A DNA stretch of 64,000 bases, from the NCBI RefSeq assembly GCF_963921235.1, contig NC_086108.1:53260001-53324000 (forward strand). The letters are read 5' to 3'. A model generated the notes under the pieces. That model was given only the letters and a program-made list of their open reading frames with translations, was not told the DNA's origin and ran no database searches. The first letter of the stretch is position 1. Every line of letters begins with the position of its first letter. This document shows positions 28,472 through 40,489 of the stretch, one piece after another. This stretch comes from Mobula hypostoma (lineage: Eukaryota). The position numbers and the translations under genes were made by a program.

Positions 28472-31400
28472 TTATTCCTACATCACTCTGTTCTACTGCA
28501 TTCCTCAATGCCCTACCATTTACCATGTATGTCCTACTTTAATTAGTTCTACCAAAATATAGCACCTCACACTTATCAGCATTCAACTCCATCTGCCATC
28601 TTTCAGCCCACTCTTCTAACTGGCCTAAATCTCTCTGCAAGCTTTGAAAACCTACTTCATTATCCACAACACCACCTATCTTAGTATCATCTGCATACTT
28701 ACTAATCCAATTTACCACCCATCATCCAGATCATTAATGTATATGACAAACAACATTGGACCCAGTACAGATCCCTGAGGCACACCACTAGTCACCGGCC
28801 TCCACTCTGACAAACAGTTATCTACTACTACTCTCTGACATCTCCCATCCAGCCACTGCTAAATCCATTTTACTACTTCAATATCAATACCTAATGATTG
28901 AACCTTCCTAACTAACTTTCCATGTGGAACTTTGTCAAAGGCCTTACTGAAGTCCATATAGACAACATCCACTGCTTTACCCTTGTCAACTTTCCTAGTA
29001 ACCTCTTCAAAAATTTCAGTAAGATTTGTCGAACATAACCTTCCACGCACAGATCCATGTTGACTGTTCCTAATCAGACCCTGTCTATCCAGATAATTAC
29101 ATATACCATCTCTAAGAATACTTTCCATCAATTTACCCATCACTGATGTCAAACTCACAGGCCGATAATTGCTAAGTTTACTCTTAGAACCCTTTTTAAA
29201 CAACGGAACAACATGAGCAATATGCCAATCCTCCAGCACCATCCCCGTTTCTAATGACATTTGAAATATTTCTGTCAGAGCACCTGCTATTTCCACACTA
29301 ACTACCCTCAAGGTGCTGAGGAATATCCTGCCAGGACCCGGAGACTTATGCACTTTTATATTCCTTAAAAGTGCCAGTACTTCCTCTTCTTTAATCATTA
29401 TAGTTTCCATAACTTCCCTACCTGTTTCCCTTATCTTACACAATTCAATATCCTTCTCCTTAGTGAATACCGAAGAAAGGAAATTGTTCAAAATCTGCCC
29501 CATCTCTTTTGGCTCTGCACATAGCTGTCCACTCTGATTCTCTAAGGGACCAATTTTATCCCTCACTATCCTTTTGCTATTAATATAACTGTAGAAACCC
29601 TTTGGATTTATTTTCACCTTACTTGCCAAAGCAACCTCATATCTTCTTTTAGTTTTTCTAATTCCTTTCTTAAGATTCTTTGTACATTCTTTATATTCCT
29701 CCAGCACCTCATTTACTCCATGCTGCCTATATTTATTGTAGATATGTCTCTTTTTCCGAACCTAGTTTCCAATATCCCTTGAAAACCATGGCTCTCTCAA
29801 ACTTTTAACCTTTCCTTTCAACCTAACAGGAACATAAAGATTCTGTATCCTCAAAATTTCACCTTTAAATGACCTCTATTTCTCTATTACATCCTTCCCA
29901 TAAAACAAATTGTCCCTATCCACTCCTTCTAAATCCCTTCACATCTCCTCAAAGTTAGCCTTTCTCCAATCAAAAATCTCAACCCTGGGTCCCGTCCTAT
30001 CCTTCTCCATAATTATATTGAAACTAATGGCATTGTGATCACTGCTCCCCAACACATACCTCCGTCACCTGACCTATCTCATTCCCTAAAAGGAGATCCA
30101 ACACTGCCCCTTCCCTAGTTGGTACCTTTATGTATTGCTGCAAAAAACTATCCTGCACACATTTTACAAACTCCAAACCATCCAGCCCTCTTATAGGATG
30201 GGCTTCCCAGTCAATGTGTGGAAAATTAAAATCTCCCACAATCATAACCTTGTGCTTACTACAAATATTTGCTATCTCCTTACAAATTTGCTCCTCCAAT
30301 TCTCACTCCCCATTAGGTGGTCTATAATACACCCCTATAAGCATTACTACACCTTTCCCATTCCTCAATTCCACCCAAATAGCCTCCCTAGACAAGCCAT
30401 CTAATCTATCCTGCCAAGGCACCGCTGTAATATTTTCTCTGACAAGCAATGCAACACCTCCCCCTCTTGCCCCTCCGATTCTATCACTCATGAAACAACG
30501 AAATCCAGGAATATTTAGTTGCCAATCACACCCCTCCTGCAACCATGTTTCACTTATAGCTACAACATCATATTTCCAGGTATCAATCCATGCTCTAAGC
30601 TCATCCACCTTTCTTACAATGCTCCTAGCATTAAAATAGATGCATTTAAGAAACTCTCCACCTCTTATTTTCTGTTTTTCCTTAATGGTGCAAACAATTT
30701 TATTTTCTTTTTCTATCCTTCTCCCCTACATCTTCGGTCTGAGCGCTCCACTTCTCTGTCACCTGCCTATCCTCCCTCAGATTGTCTACTAGCTTTCTCT
30801 ATTTGTGAACTCTCCTCTCTCCTAGTCTCTTCAATTTGATTCCCACCCCCCAACCATTCTAGTTTAAAGTCTCCCCAGTAGCCTTCGCAAATCTCCCCGC
30901 CAGGATATTGGTCCCCCTAGGATTCAAGTGCAACCTGTCCTTTTTGTACAGGTCACACCTGCCCCAAAAGAGGTCCCAATGATCTAGAAACTTGAATCCC
31001 TGCACCCTGCTCCAATCCTTCAGCCACACATTTATCCTCCACCTCATTCCACTCCTACTCTCACTGTCGCGTGGCACAGGCAGTAATCCCGAGATTACTA
31101 CCTTTGTGGTCCTTCTTCTCAACTCCCTCCCTAACTCCCTATATTCTCCTTTCAGGACCTCTTCCCTTTTCCTACCTATGTCATTGGTACCTATATTTAC
31201 CACGACCTCTGGCTCCTCACCCTCCCACTTCAGGATATCTAATAGCACAAAGTGCTTCTGAGGACATTAATTTACATAATGGTGACACTCATATTTCAGA
31301 CAATAAAAGTCTAAATGCTGAGCTGGAGGCTATAAGTACACAAAAGGAAATAACAAACGTATTGATGCAATATTGCATCTCTGCCTAAAAGAAATTCAAA

Positions 31401-32973
31401 TCTTCAATGGTGGTCCATTGTAGTATCATTCATTTATGAGAGCTTTCAAGAATAGCACTTTAGACAAGACGGATGATTATGGCAACTGTCTCTATTTTCC
31501 TGAATACTACACTGTAGGTTACCCTAGAGAGCTTGTCAAAAGTTGCCAGCAAGCCAGCCCTGAGGAAGGGTATCTAAAAGCTCAAGCTTCACTACGGGAC
31601 ATTTTGGAGATGAGCAGAAAATTACTGTGGCCTTTATGGAAAAGGCCCTTTCTTGGCTGCATATTAAATCGGAAGATGTGAAAGCTCTTTGGTAAGACTA
31701 GTCTTTTTCTTAGGAGCTATTGAAATGGTATGGAAGACATGCAGGGCATGCATGAGTTGAACAGGCCTGCTAATATGACAATTGTCATAAATAAATTGGC
31801 TGCTAAACTCAGGGGAAAATGGAGATTGGTGGTTTCTAAACTGCAAGAAAAGCACAACTGTAAGGTTGCTTTCACTAATATTGTTGATTTTATTGAAAGG
31901 CAAGATTGCTGTACACCTAGTGTCTGGGAATGTATACGACACCACACTACCAGCAATAAGCAAAGGTGTGAACAAAACTGGATTACAAATTCATTCTAAG
32001 GCTAAAGGAAACAGCTTTGCCACATCTGTGGCTATGGTGAAAACTGAAGCTAAAATTGAGCCTGGAACTGATGAAAAAGGGTGCAGATTTGAAAAAAGCC
32101 ATGAATGAATCAAACATGGTAGCGAATAACACCCTGTATCCAATGGTCTTCTGGGGGTTGGTGATCATGACTGTAAACTTCCTGTAATTCCAGTTCCGGT
32201 GAAGTTAAGAAGAGTAACAAGACAGTGCTTTCCTAGATCCAAGTAAGTACAACAATGTTCTGTACAGTGAGCCTGAGCCTGTACCATTAAGAAGCTGAAC
32301 CTGAGTGGAAAAAGCACACGCATTGTCTTATGCACCATGTGTCAGAAGAAGATTGTGAGAAGCTACGTCATTTCAGGATTGGAAGTGACTGGCTTAGATA
32401 GTGAAAACTATTGTGAACTGCCTAACATCTATATGCAGGAAAGTATGGCTGTCTACAAAGAGAACATTCCTCATCACAGAAAACTTCAGGAATGGTCTCA
32501 TCTTAAGCATATTCATTTGAGAAAAATTGAGTCAGAAATTGAGTTGTTAATAGGGGTGAGTGCACCTCAGGCTTCAAAGCCATTGCAAGCGATTCAGTGT
32601 TAATGATGGAGCCTATGCAATCAGAACAATACTGGTTTGGTCTGTTAATGGACCATTGAAAGGAGACCATGGTGGTAGAAGAGACTATGCTCAGCCAAAG
32701 CTGACGGTTAACGGGATTTCAGTTTTGAACTTGAATGAACTTTGGCAGCAGCCTATCAAGACAGATTTTCCTAAACAACACACATAAAAGTTGCTGGTGA
32801 ACGCTTTTTTCCTAGATGCAGTCAAGAGGAGCAACCTGGTTTTGTCAGGAGATCATGATCCAAGATAATCAGCTTACCAGAAAGATATCCATATGAATAT
32901 TGAGATTTCATGTCTCCTGCATCTTGGTAGCATGTAGCTGTAATTATTATAGTATAATAATTTGGATCTGGAA

Positions 32974-33356
32974 CGTAGGAGCAATGCATATGTTTTCTAT
33001 TTGCATTATAATCTATGTCACGTGTTTATTATGGTAACTAGTCACGTGTGTGGGTTTGTGTTAAAAGCGAAGGGAATAAGTTACTTATTCGTGCTCTGTT
33101 TGGGGCAGTTTGTAGCTGGGGCCAACAGAAGTTGTATCTTTTGTTGACCACTCTATTACACTTAATTTCGCTTAAGTACACTTATGTTTCATCACTTCAA
33201 AATTGTATGTTTGCTAATTGCTAATAAAGGATCAAATACATATCTTAGACTTTTGGAACAATCATTATTGGAGCTGAGGGTGTGTCACACGAGTATAACA
33301 AATCCATGGGGGTCATCAGCAACAGCAATTTGGTATGGTTAGAATTGGCTGCAACA
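32974..33356 (+). repeat. 3' LTR of the BEL element
   Basis: (C/T)GT...ACA, preceded by a degenerate polypurine tract; homologous to the 5' LTR. Confidence 0.85.
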
Positions 33357-33411
33357 TCTCCTTCCAATCAACTATGGCCAGCTCCTGTCTCATGCCTCTG
33401 TAATTACCTTT

Positions 33412-33630
33412 AGAAGAAGAAGAAAGCTCTTAACTCCGAGTGGAGTCATCGGGACGTAGTCATATCGGCGTTTTTTTTTAAGCAGCCTTTCTTATTTTTA
33501 CGAAGCCGAGTTGCTAGCTTGACGCTCAACTCAGCACGGATGGAAAGCGTGCAAAGGAGCCAGCTGGATTCGAACTCAGGAGGCTTCACTCCGAAGTCCG
33601 GTGCTGATGCCACTACGCCACCAGCCAGTG
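33412..33630 (-). mobile_element. tRNA-derived SINE with (TTC)n tail
   Basis: Minus strand has TGGCGTAGTGG (A box) and GAGTTCGAATCC (B box); flanks aattaccttta / aatgaccttta. Confidence 0.85.
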
Positions 33631-33661
33631 AAATGACCTTTACTCCACTCTATTACTGATG

Positions 33662-34561
33662 CAGTTGGCCCTCCTTATCCGCGAGGGATTGGTTCCGGGA
33701 CCCCTTGTGGATACCAAAAAATGCGGATACTCAAGTCCCTTATTCAACCTGTCTCAATGCAGTGGACCTGAGAACCCAGCGGAACCCCGGACCTTATTTA
33801 ACCTGTCCCAGTGTGGTGGATATTAGGACCCGGTGGCGGAGCTCTGAATCCGCAGTGTTTCTGTTCACGAAAATAATCACAATCACGATTGAAAATAAAG
33901 TGGAAATAATAAAGCGATCGGAAAGAGGTGAAATGCCATCGGTCATTGGAAAAGCGTTAGGCTACAGTCGGTCAACGATCGGAACAATTTTAAAGGATAA
34001 AGAGAGAAAGGTCCTGCCCGATTAAAGGTACAATTATTACTAAGCAACGCAGTGGTTTAATTATTGAGCTTTGGGGTTTTGGGTTTTTGATTCTCACATC
34101 AACCTGGCACGGATGAAAAGCGCGCTTGGGAGCGGTCTGTCACTGGATCGAGTCCAGCGCTGCAGCATACGTTTCTTAGTTGTTTTATACGCATAGAAAG
34201 GTAAAATATATACTATATGCTAAGACAAATGTTTGACTAACTGACACTAAATAATACCGGATGTACTTGTTCCGACTTACTAAGTAAGAGATCTTCCAGT
34301 TTTTTTTCCATCCCGATCCAGGATAACCTACGCACATCCTCCCGTACACTTTAAATCATCTCTAGATTACTTATAATACCTCGTACAATGTAAATGCTAT
34401 GTAAAATAGTTGTTATACTGCATTGTTTAGGGAATAATGACAAGAAAAAGAAGTCTGTACATGTTCAAACAACAAGTGCTGGAAGAGCACTTCCGGGTTT
34501 TCTCGATTCGCGGTTGGTTGAATTCGCGCATGCAGAACTCACGGATAAGGACGGCCGACCG
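33662..34561 (+). mobile_element. Tigger/pogo-like non-autonomous DNA transposon (900 bp)
   Basis: TIRs cagttggccctccttatccgcgag / ctcacggataaggacggccgaccg; TA on the right flank; CENP-B-type HTH remnant ITIENKVEIIKRSERGE..SVIGKALGYSRSTIGTILKDK. Confidence 0.88.
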
Positions 34562-35318
34562 TATATCCGATTTAACTGCAGGGTGAATTGTCATATTATG
34601 ATCACTGCTTCTGAAGAGTTCCTTTTAGCTGAAGCTCCCTAAACAAATTATTACATAATATCCAATACAATGTGTATCCTTGGATGTTAAGCTCCCAACT
34701 ATAATCTTCTTTCAGCCACGATTCAGTGATGCCCATTTCATACCTGCCAATCTCTAACTGTGCTTACAAAATCTACCTTATTTCGTAAACTGTGTGTATA
34801 TAGATGTAACACCTTCAGTCCTGTATTCATCACCCTTTTCCATATTGTTCCCATTACATAGTAACTCCTTCCATTGACCACAAATTTGCCCTATTGTCTG
34901 CCTGTCCTTCCTGACAGTCTTGCAACACACTGCCTCTGCTTGTATACCAACTTCCCCACATTCAGCCTTATCACTCAGTTTCCCATCCCTCTGCCAAATC
35001 ATTTAAAGCCTCCCCAACAGTTCTAGCAAATCTGCTCGTAAAGATATTGGTCCTCCTCAGGTTCAGGTGTAATCTATACCTTTTGTACAGTTCATATAGT
35101 TCCCAGAAGAAAATCCAACCCAGAAACCCTGAAACCCTGCCCCGTGCACCAGCTCCTCAGCCATGCATTTATCTACCAAATCATCCCATTCTTACCCTTA
35201 CTGGCACATGGCACAGGTAGCAATCCAGAGATTACTACCCTGGAGGTCCTGTTTCTCAGCTTTCTACCTAGTTCCCTGAATTCTTTCTTTCGGACCTCCT
35301 CCCTTTTCCTACGTATAT

Positions 35319-35612
35319 AGGCATCCATTAGTCTTATGAGACCATGGATTTGCGCTTTGGAAGGTTTCCAGGGCACTGGCCTGGGCAAGGTTGTATGGAA
35401 GACCGGCAGTTGCCCATGCTGCAAGTCTCCCCTCTCCATGCCACCGATGTAAGGGCACTAGGGCCGATACAGCTTGGCACCGGTGTCGTCGCAGAGCAAT
35501 GTGTGGTTAAGTTCCTTGCTCAAGAACACAACACGCCAACTCAGCTGAGGCTCGAACTAGCGACCTTCAGATCACCAGACCGACATCTTAACCACTTGGC
35601 CACGCGCCAACA
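35319..35612 (-). mobile_element. tRNA-derived SINE with CORE-like central domain
   Basis: Head gtgttggcgcgtggccaagtggttaag...agttcgagcc; gtgttcttgagcaaggaacttaacc motif; homologous to 38930-39045 plus 40111-40302. Confidence 0.85.
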
Positions 35613-36644
35613 CCTACATATATAATTGGTGCCAATATGTATCAAGACATCTGGCTACTAACCCTTCTACTTTAGAATGCTGTGGACTAAATTCAAAATG
35701 TCCCTGACCCTGGTACTTGGGAGGCAACATACATTCGGATGTCTCTACTGTGTTCACAGAATCTTCTGTCTTCTCCTCTAACTATGGAATCCCCTATCAC
35801 TATTGCTGTCCTCTTCTCCCCGCTTTCCTTCTGAGCCACAGCACCAGACTCAGTGCCAGAGACCCGATTGCTGCAGCTTTTCCCAGTCACCCCCCACAAC
35901 AGTATCCAAAGTGGTATACCTGTTACTGAGGGGAACTGCCACAGGGATACTCAGCACTGGCTGCCCATTTCCTTTCCCTCACCTGACATTCATCCAGGTA
36001 TCTGCTTTCTGCAGCTTAGGTGTGACCACCTCCCTGTAGCTCCTACATATCATCTCCTCAGTTTCCAGTTTGAGCTGAAGGTCATCAAGCTGAAGTTCCA
36101 GTTCTTCAGTATGCTCTTGGTGCACTTGGTGCAATGTGGTTATCTGGAAAGCTGGAGATCTCCCAGAATTCTCACATCTCACACAAAGAACACAAAACAC
36201 CCCCTGGAACTATTGTCATTGCACTAACTACAAACATATGTACTAACAGAGAAAGAATGAAGAAGAAACTTACCAGATACTTATCTCGCCCAAGCCTGAT
36301 GAGCCAAAGCCTCCCCACTCCAACACTGATCCACTCACACAGTGGCTGCTCTGCCTGTTCCTGCCTTATTTCTATTTGGCCTTGCTAAAGAATTATAATT
36401 TGATTGGGCCACCGGAGAATGCTGAAAGCCCAGTACTTTTTAAAATCATACTCATGGACCTGTGAGTAGCCTCTCTCACTCCAATTCAATGGGGCTACTG
36501 GAAAAATTACCTTCTACAAATGCTACCTGACCTTCTGAGTTCTTCCAGCATTTTGTGTGTGTTGTTCATAACATCTAGGTTGCTGTTTCAGCACAATACA
36601 CATTGTCGTATTTTCATGGATGTTACAACCAAGACCCAGTGTAC

Positions 36645-38000
36645 ACAGAATACAGGACATAGAAATTTACAGCACATTACAGGCCTTTCATCCCACAATG
36701 TTGTGGTGACCATGTAACCTACTCTAGAAACTGCCTAGAATTTCCTTAGCGCATAGTCCTCTATTTTCCTCAGCTCTATGTACCTATCTAAGAGGCTCTT
36801 AAAAGACCCTATTGTATCCACCTCCACCACTGTTGCCGGCCATGCACCCACCACTCGCTGTGGGAAAAACTTACCCGACATGCCCTTGGTACCTATTTCC
36901 AAGCATCTTAAAACTATGCCCCCTCATGTTAGCCTCTGGCTATCCACATGATCAATGCCCCTCATCATCTTATACACCTCTATCAGGTCACCTCTCATCC
37001 TCTGTCGCTCCAAAGAGAAAAGGCTAAGTACTCTCAACCTATTCTCATAAGGTACACCCTCCAAACCAGGCAACATCTTTGTAAATCTCCTCTGCACTCT
37101 CTCTATAGTTTCCACATCCTTCCTGTAATGAAGTGACCAGAACTAAACACAGCACTCCAAGTGCGGTCTGACCAAAGTCTTATATAGCTGTAACATTACC
37201 TCACGCCTCCTGATCTCAATCCCACAGTTGATGAATGCCAACACACCATACGCCTTCTTAACAACACTGTCAACCTGCACAGCAGCTTTGAGTGTCCTAT
37301 CGACATGGACCCCAAGATCTCTCAGATCTTCCACACTGCCAAGAGTCTTACCATTTGTATTATATTCTATCTTCAAAATGAACCTGCAAAAATGAACCAC
37401 TTCACACTTACCTGGGTTGAAGTCCATCTGCCACTTCTCAGCCCAGTTCTGCATCCTATCGATGCCCCGCTGTAACCTCTGACAACCCTCCAGACTATTC
37501 ACAACACCCCCAACCTTGTGCCATCAGCAAACTTACTAAACCATCCCTTCTACTTCTTCATCCAGGTCATTTATGAAAATCACAAAGAGGAGTGCACCAG
37601 AACAGATCCCTATGGAACACCACTGGTCACCGACCTCCATGCAGAATATGACCCATCTACAACCACCCTTTGCCTTCTGTGGACAAGCCAACTCTGGATC
37701 CACAAAGCAAAGTCTCCTTGGATCCCATGCCTCCTTACTTTCTGAAGAAGTCTTACATGGGGACCCTTAGTAAATGCCTTACTGAAATCCATATACACTA
37801 CATCCACTGCTCTACCTACATCAATGTGTTTTGTTACATCTTCAAAAAAATTCAGTCAGGCTTGTAAGGCATGACCTGCCCTTGACAAAGCTATGCTGAC
37901 TATCCCTAATCAGATTATGTTGCTCCAAATGCTCATAAATCCTGCCTCTCAGGACCTTCTCCAACAACTGAAGTCAGACTCATTGGTCTATAATTTCTCA
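36645..38000 (-). mobile_element. CR1 LINE 3' part, degenerate
   Basis: Fragments DFSKAF, LVRPHLECCV and ERVQRRFTKMLPGL. Confidence 0.88.
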
Positions 38001-38929
38001 CAATTGCAGGAGCATTCTTCTGGTGTTGTGGTTAAAATTCCTCTCACAATGAATAACAAAATGCAAATTAATATCTTATCAAGCTGCTGTATCTATAAAC
38101 CTGCAATGTTTTAAAAATGATCTGAAAATGTAGAGAGTAAGCTCTCAAATGTTGAGACTAAATCATGTGTACAAACTGATTCACAGTCTTATGGAAATTA
38201 ATTGGTTTGGTAAGATACTAGACTCTATGACTGTGACTAAAAATATTCCTATTAAGAAGTTACGATATGAAGGCAAGTATTGAGCAAACATAAACTTAAT
38301 ACTCAAATGAAACCTTTCCAAACAAAATATTTGCACTCGCTTATGGCAAATGTGATACAGGCAGCAGGAAAGGATTTATTATTTCAAGAATCACACAACG
38401 GAAATAATTTTTGGTACTGGTAGTAAGCTATCCTCTGAGGGATATAAATTAGTACCTTCAACTTTTTTCTGAAATAAAAACTTGGCTAAAGTTTTCAAAG
38501 CTTATTTTCAGTTATTCCAGGCCGATTCTTATTTTAATTGTGAGAGATTGCTTGTCAAGAATAGTACAGTGCACATCAGTTATTTTTTTTTGCCAAATCA
38601 GACAACAGAGAATGAGATTGTTTGTTTACACTCATTATACTATCTACTGAAGATCAGATTTATTCACAATTTTAGATAATCCACTGAAGCAGGAAGGAGA
38701 CTGGTTTGTTTTTTTTACCGCAGTAGGCAAGTTTTATCAGGCACTACTGGTTGGGAAAGAACCACTGTTTATGAAGTGCTATACAATACCTATAGTGAAT
38801 GGCAAAGATGAACAAAAAGCTGAAAAGTGCTTGAAAGCTCAAGATTAAGAAATCTGAATTTCCTTCGAAGTCCTAGCAATTGTTTGAAGCAGTCAAGCAA
38901 ACAAATTATTACATATTAGTATCTTATGA

Positions 38930-40302
38930 GTGTTGGTGCGTGGCCAAAAGGTTAAGGCGTTTGTCTGGTGATTTGAAGGTTGCTAGTTCAAGCTTTGGCT
39001 GAGGCAGCATGTGTGTCCTTGAGCAAGGCACTTAACCACACATTGGATTTCTTGACAGAGAGACCACAGTCAGTCAGTGTTGGCAGGAACATCTCTGACT
39101 CCATCACACTGAGCACTGGATCCCCACAAGGCTGTGTGCTTAGCCCATTGCTGTTTACACTGCTCACACATGACTGTGCAGCCAGATTCAAGGAGAACCT
39201 GATCATTAAATTTGCAGATGATACCACAGTGGTGGGGCTCATCAGCAAAAATGATGAAACAATGTACAGGGAGGAGGTCAAACACCTAGAGAGCTGGTGC
39301 AGGGATAACAACTTAATGCTTAATGTCACCAAAACCAAGGAGATGATCATTGATTTCAGACGGTCTCAGCCTGAGCACACACACCCCAGCATCAGCGGCT
39401 CCACAGTGGAGAGAGTGGAAAACGTCAAGTTCCTTGGGGTGCAGATCTCGGACAATCTCACCTGGTCCAGGAACACCACTGGGATTGTGAAACGGGCCCA
39501 GCAGAGATTGCACTTTCTGAGGAAGCTTAAACAAGCATCACTCCCCACTAACATCTTAACTACATTCTACAGAGGCGTGGTTGAGAGTGTGCTGACCTTT
39601 TGCATCACAACCTAGTACTCCAGCTGCAGTGCTGTCCCAAAAAAGCCTTGCAGAGGGTGGTTAGGGGAGCAGAGAAGGTTATTGGGATCTCCCTACCTTC
39701 TGTTCAAGACCTCTTTCAGAGTCGATGCCTCCAGAAGACACGGTACATCATTAAAGACCCCTCACACCCTCTCCATGAACTGTTTGTTCTTCTGCCATCA
39801 GGCAAACGTTACAGGAGCATCAAAACTAAAACCACAAGGCTACTAAACAGCTTCCTCCCACAGGCAGTCAGACTGCTAAATAGCTGCTGTACCTGACTCT
39901 GCTTTGGACACTTTTAACTTGCACTGGACACTTATAACTTGATTTTAACTGACATGTGGCTGTTGTGTTTTACTATTTATTGTTATGTTTATTATTTAGT
40001 GTTGCGTTTGTTATGTTATGATTGCACTGCTCCTGAGAAACGCTGTCTCATTCTGCCCTGCAGAGCTGATGTACGGTTAGAATGATAATAAAGTTTTTTG
40101 AATCTTGAATTTTGCTCTGCAACAACACCGGTGCCAAGCTGTATGGGTCCTAATGCTCTTCCCTTGGACAACATCGTGGCATGGAGAGGGGAGACTTGCA
40201 GCATGGGCAACTGCTGGTCTTCCATACAACCTCGCCCAGGCCTGCACCCTGGAGACCTTCCAAGGCACAAATCCATGATCTCATGAGACTAACAGATGCC
40301 TA
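38930..40302 (+). mobile_element. CORE-like SINE split by a Rex1/Babar LINE insertion
   Basis: Head 38930-39045 and tail 40111-40302 rejoin (accacacattg|ctctgc) to match the SINE at 35319-35612. Confidence 0.85.
39043..40110 (+). mobile_element. Rex1/Babar-type LINE, 5'-truncated RT and 3' UTR
   Basis: LDFLTERPQSV...STGSPQGCVLSPLLFTLLTHDC...KFADDTTVVGLI; AATAAA and (ttgaatc) tail. Confidence 0.9.
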
Positions 40303-40489
40303 AGTTTCTTATGAAGCAATGGAAGAGGCTTGCTGCCAGCAACTCAGTTTATAATAAGCAATCTGTTTTAACAACTGACAATATCATAAATTATTTTACT
40401 CAATAATCGTGGACGTTGATTGGAATTCTGCGTAGATGCAACAGAAGCATTTCCGTGCAGGTCCGGCAAAGATCTTTAAAAACCCAGTC

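Larger units (their letters stand above)
25722..31240 (-). mobile_element. CR1 LINE (partial ORF1 esterase + disrupted ORF2), itself interrupted by two other CR1s
   Basis: Tail ccatataaccatataacaattacagcatggaaac at ~25722-25755 resumes as gaaacaggccatctcggccc at 27594 (compare 2333-2380). ORF fragments at 27773-31248. Confidence 0.9.
20576..33356 (+). mobile_element. BEL/Pao LTR retrotransposon, degenerate, most of pol deleted, with nested CR1s
   Basis: Paired LTRs; 5-bp TSD tcccc (20571-20575) / tctcc (33357-33361); BEL-type gag remnants (RAFKNS..DKTDDYGNCLYF..YT.GYPRELVKSCQ; KLRGKWR...IVDFIERQ) and protease-region remnants (IELLIG, GAYAIRT..VWSVNGPL) at 31400-32780. Confidence 0.85.
16380..36500 (-). 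mobile_element. Old, originally near full-length CR1 LINE split by nested insertions (pieces ~16380-17219, 17505-17800, 19628-20575, 33362-33410, 33631-33661, 34564-35318, 35613-36500)
   Basis: The pieces are collinear from 3' UTR through RT, endonuclease, ORF1 esterase (IVIGDSIVRG) and the ORF1 Cys-rich N-terminus. The sequence resumes across each insertion, judged against the related copy at 40490-44373. Confidence 0.8.

Noticed and set aside
33705..34025. CENP-B-like HTH ORF as a domesticated TIGD gene
   Set aside because: It lies between TIRs, is truncated and has no DDE domain.
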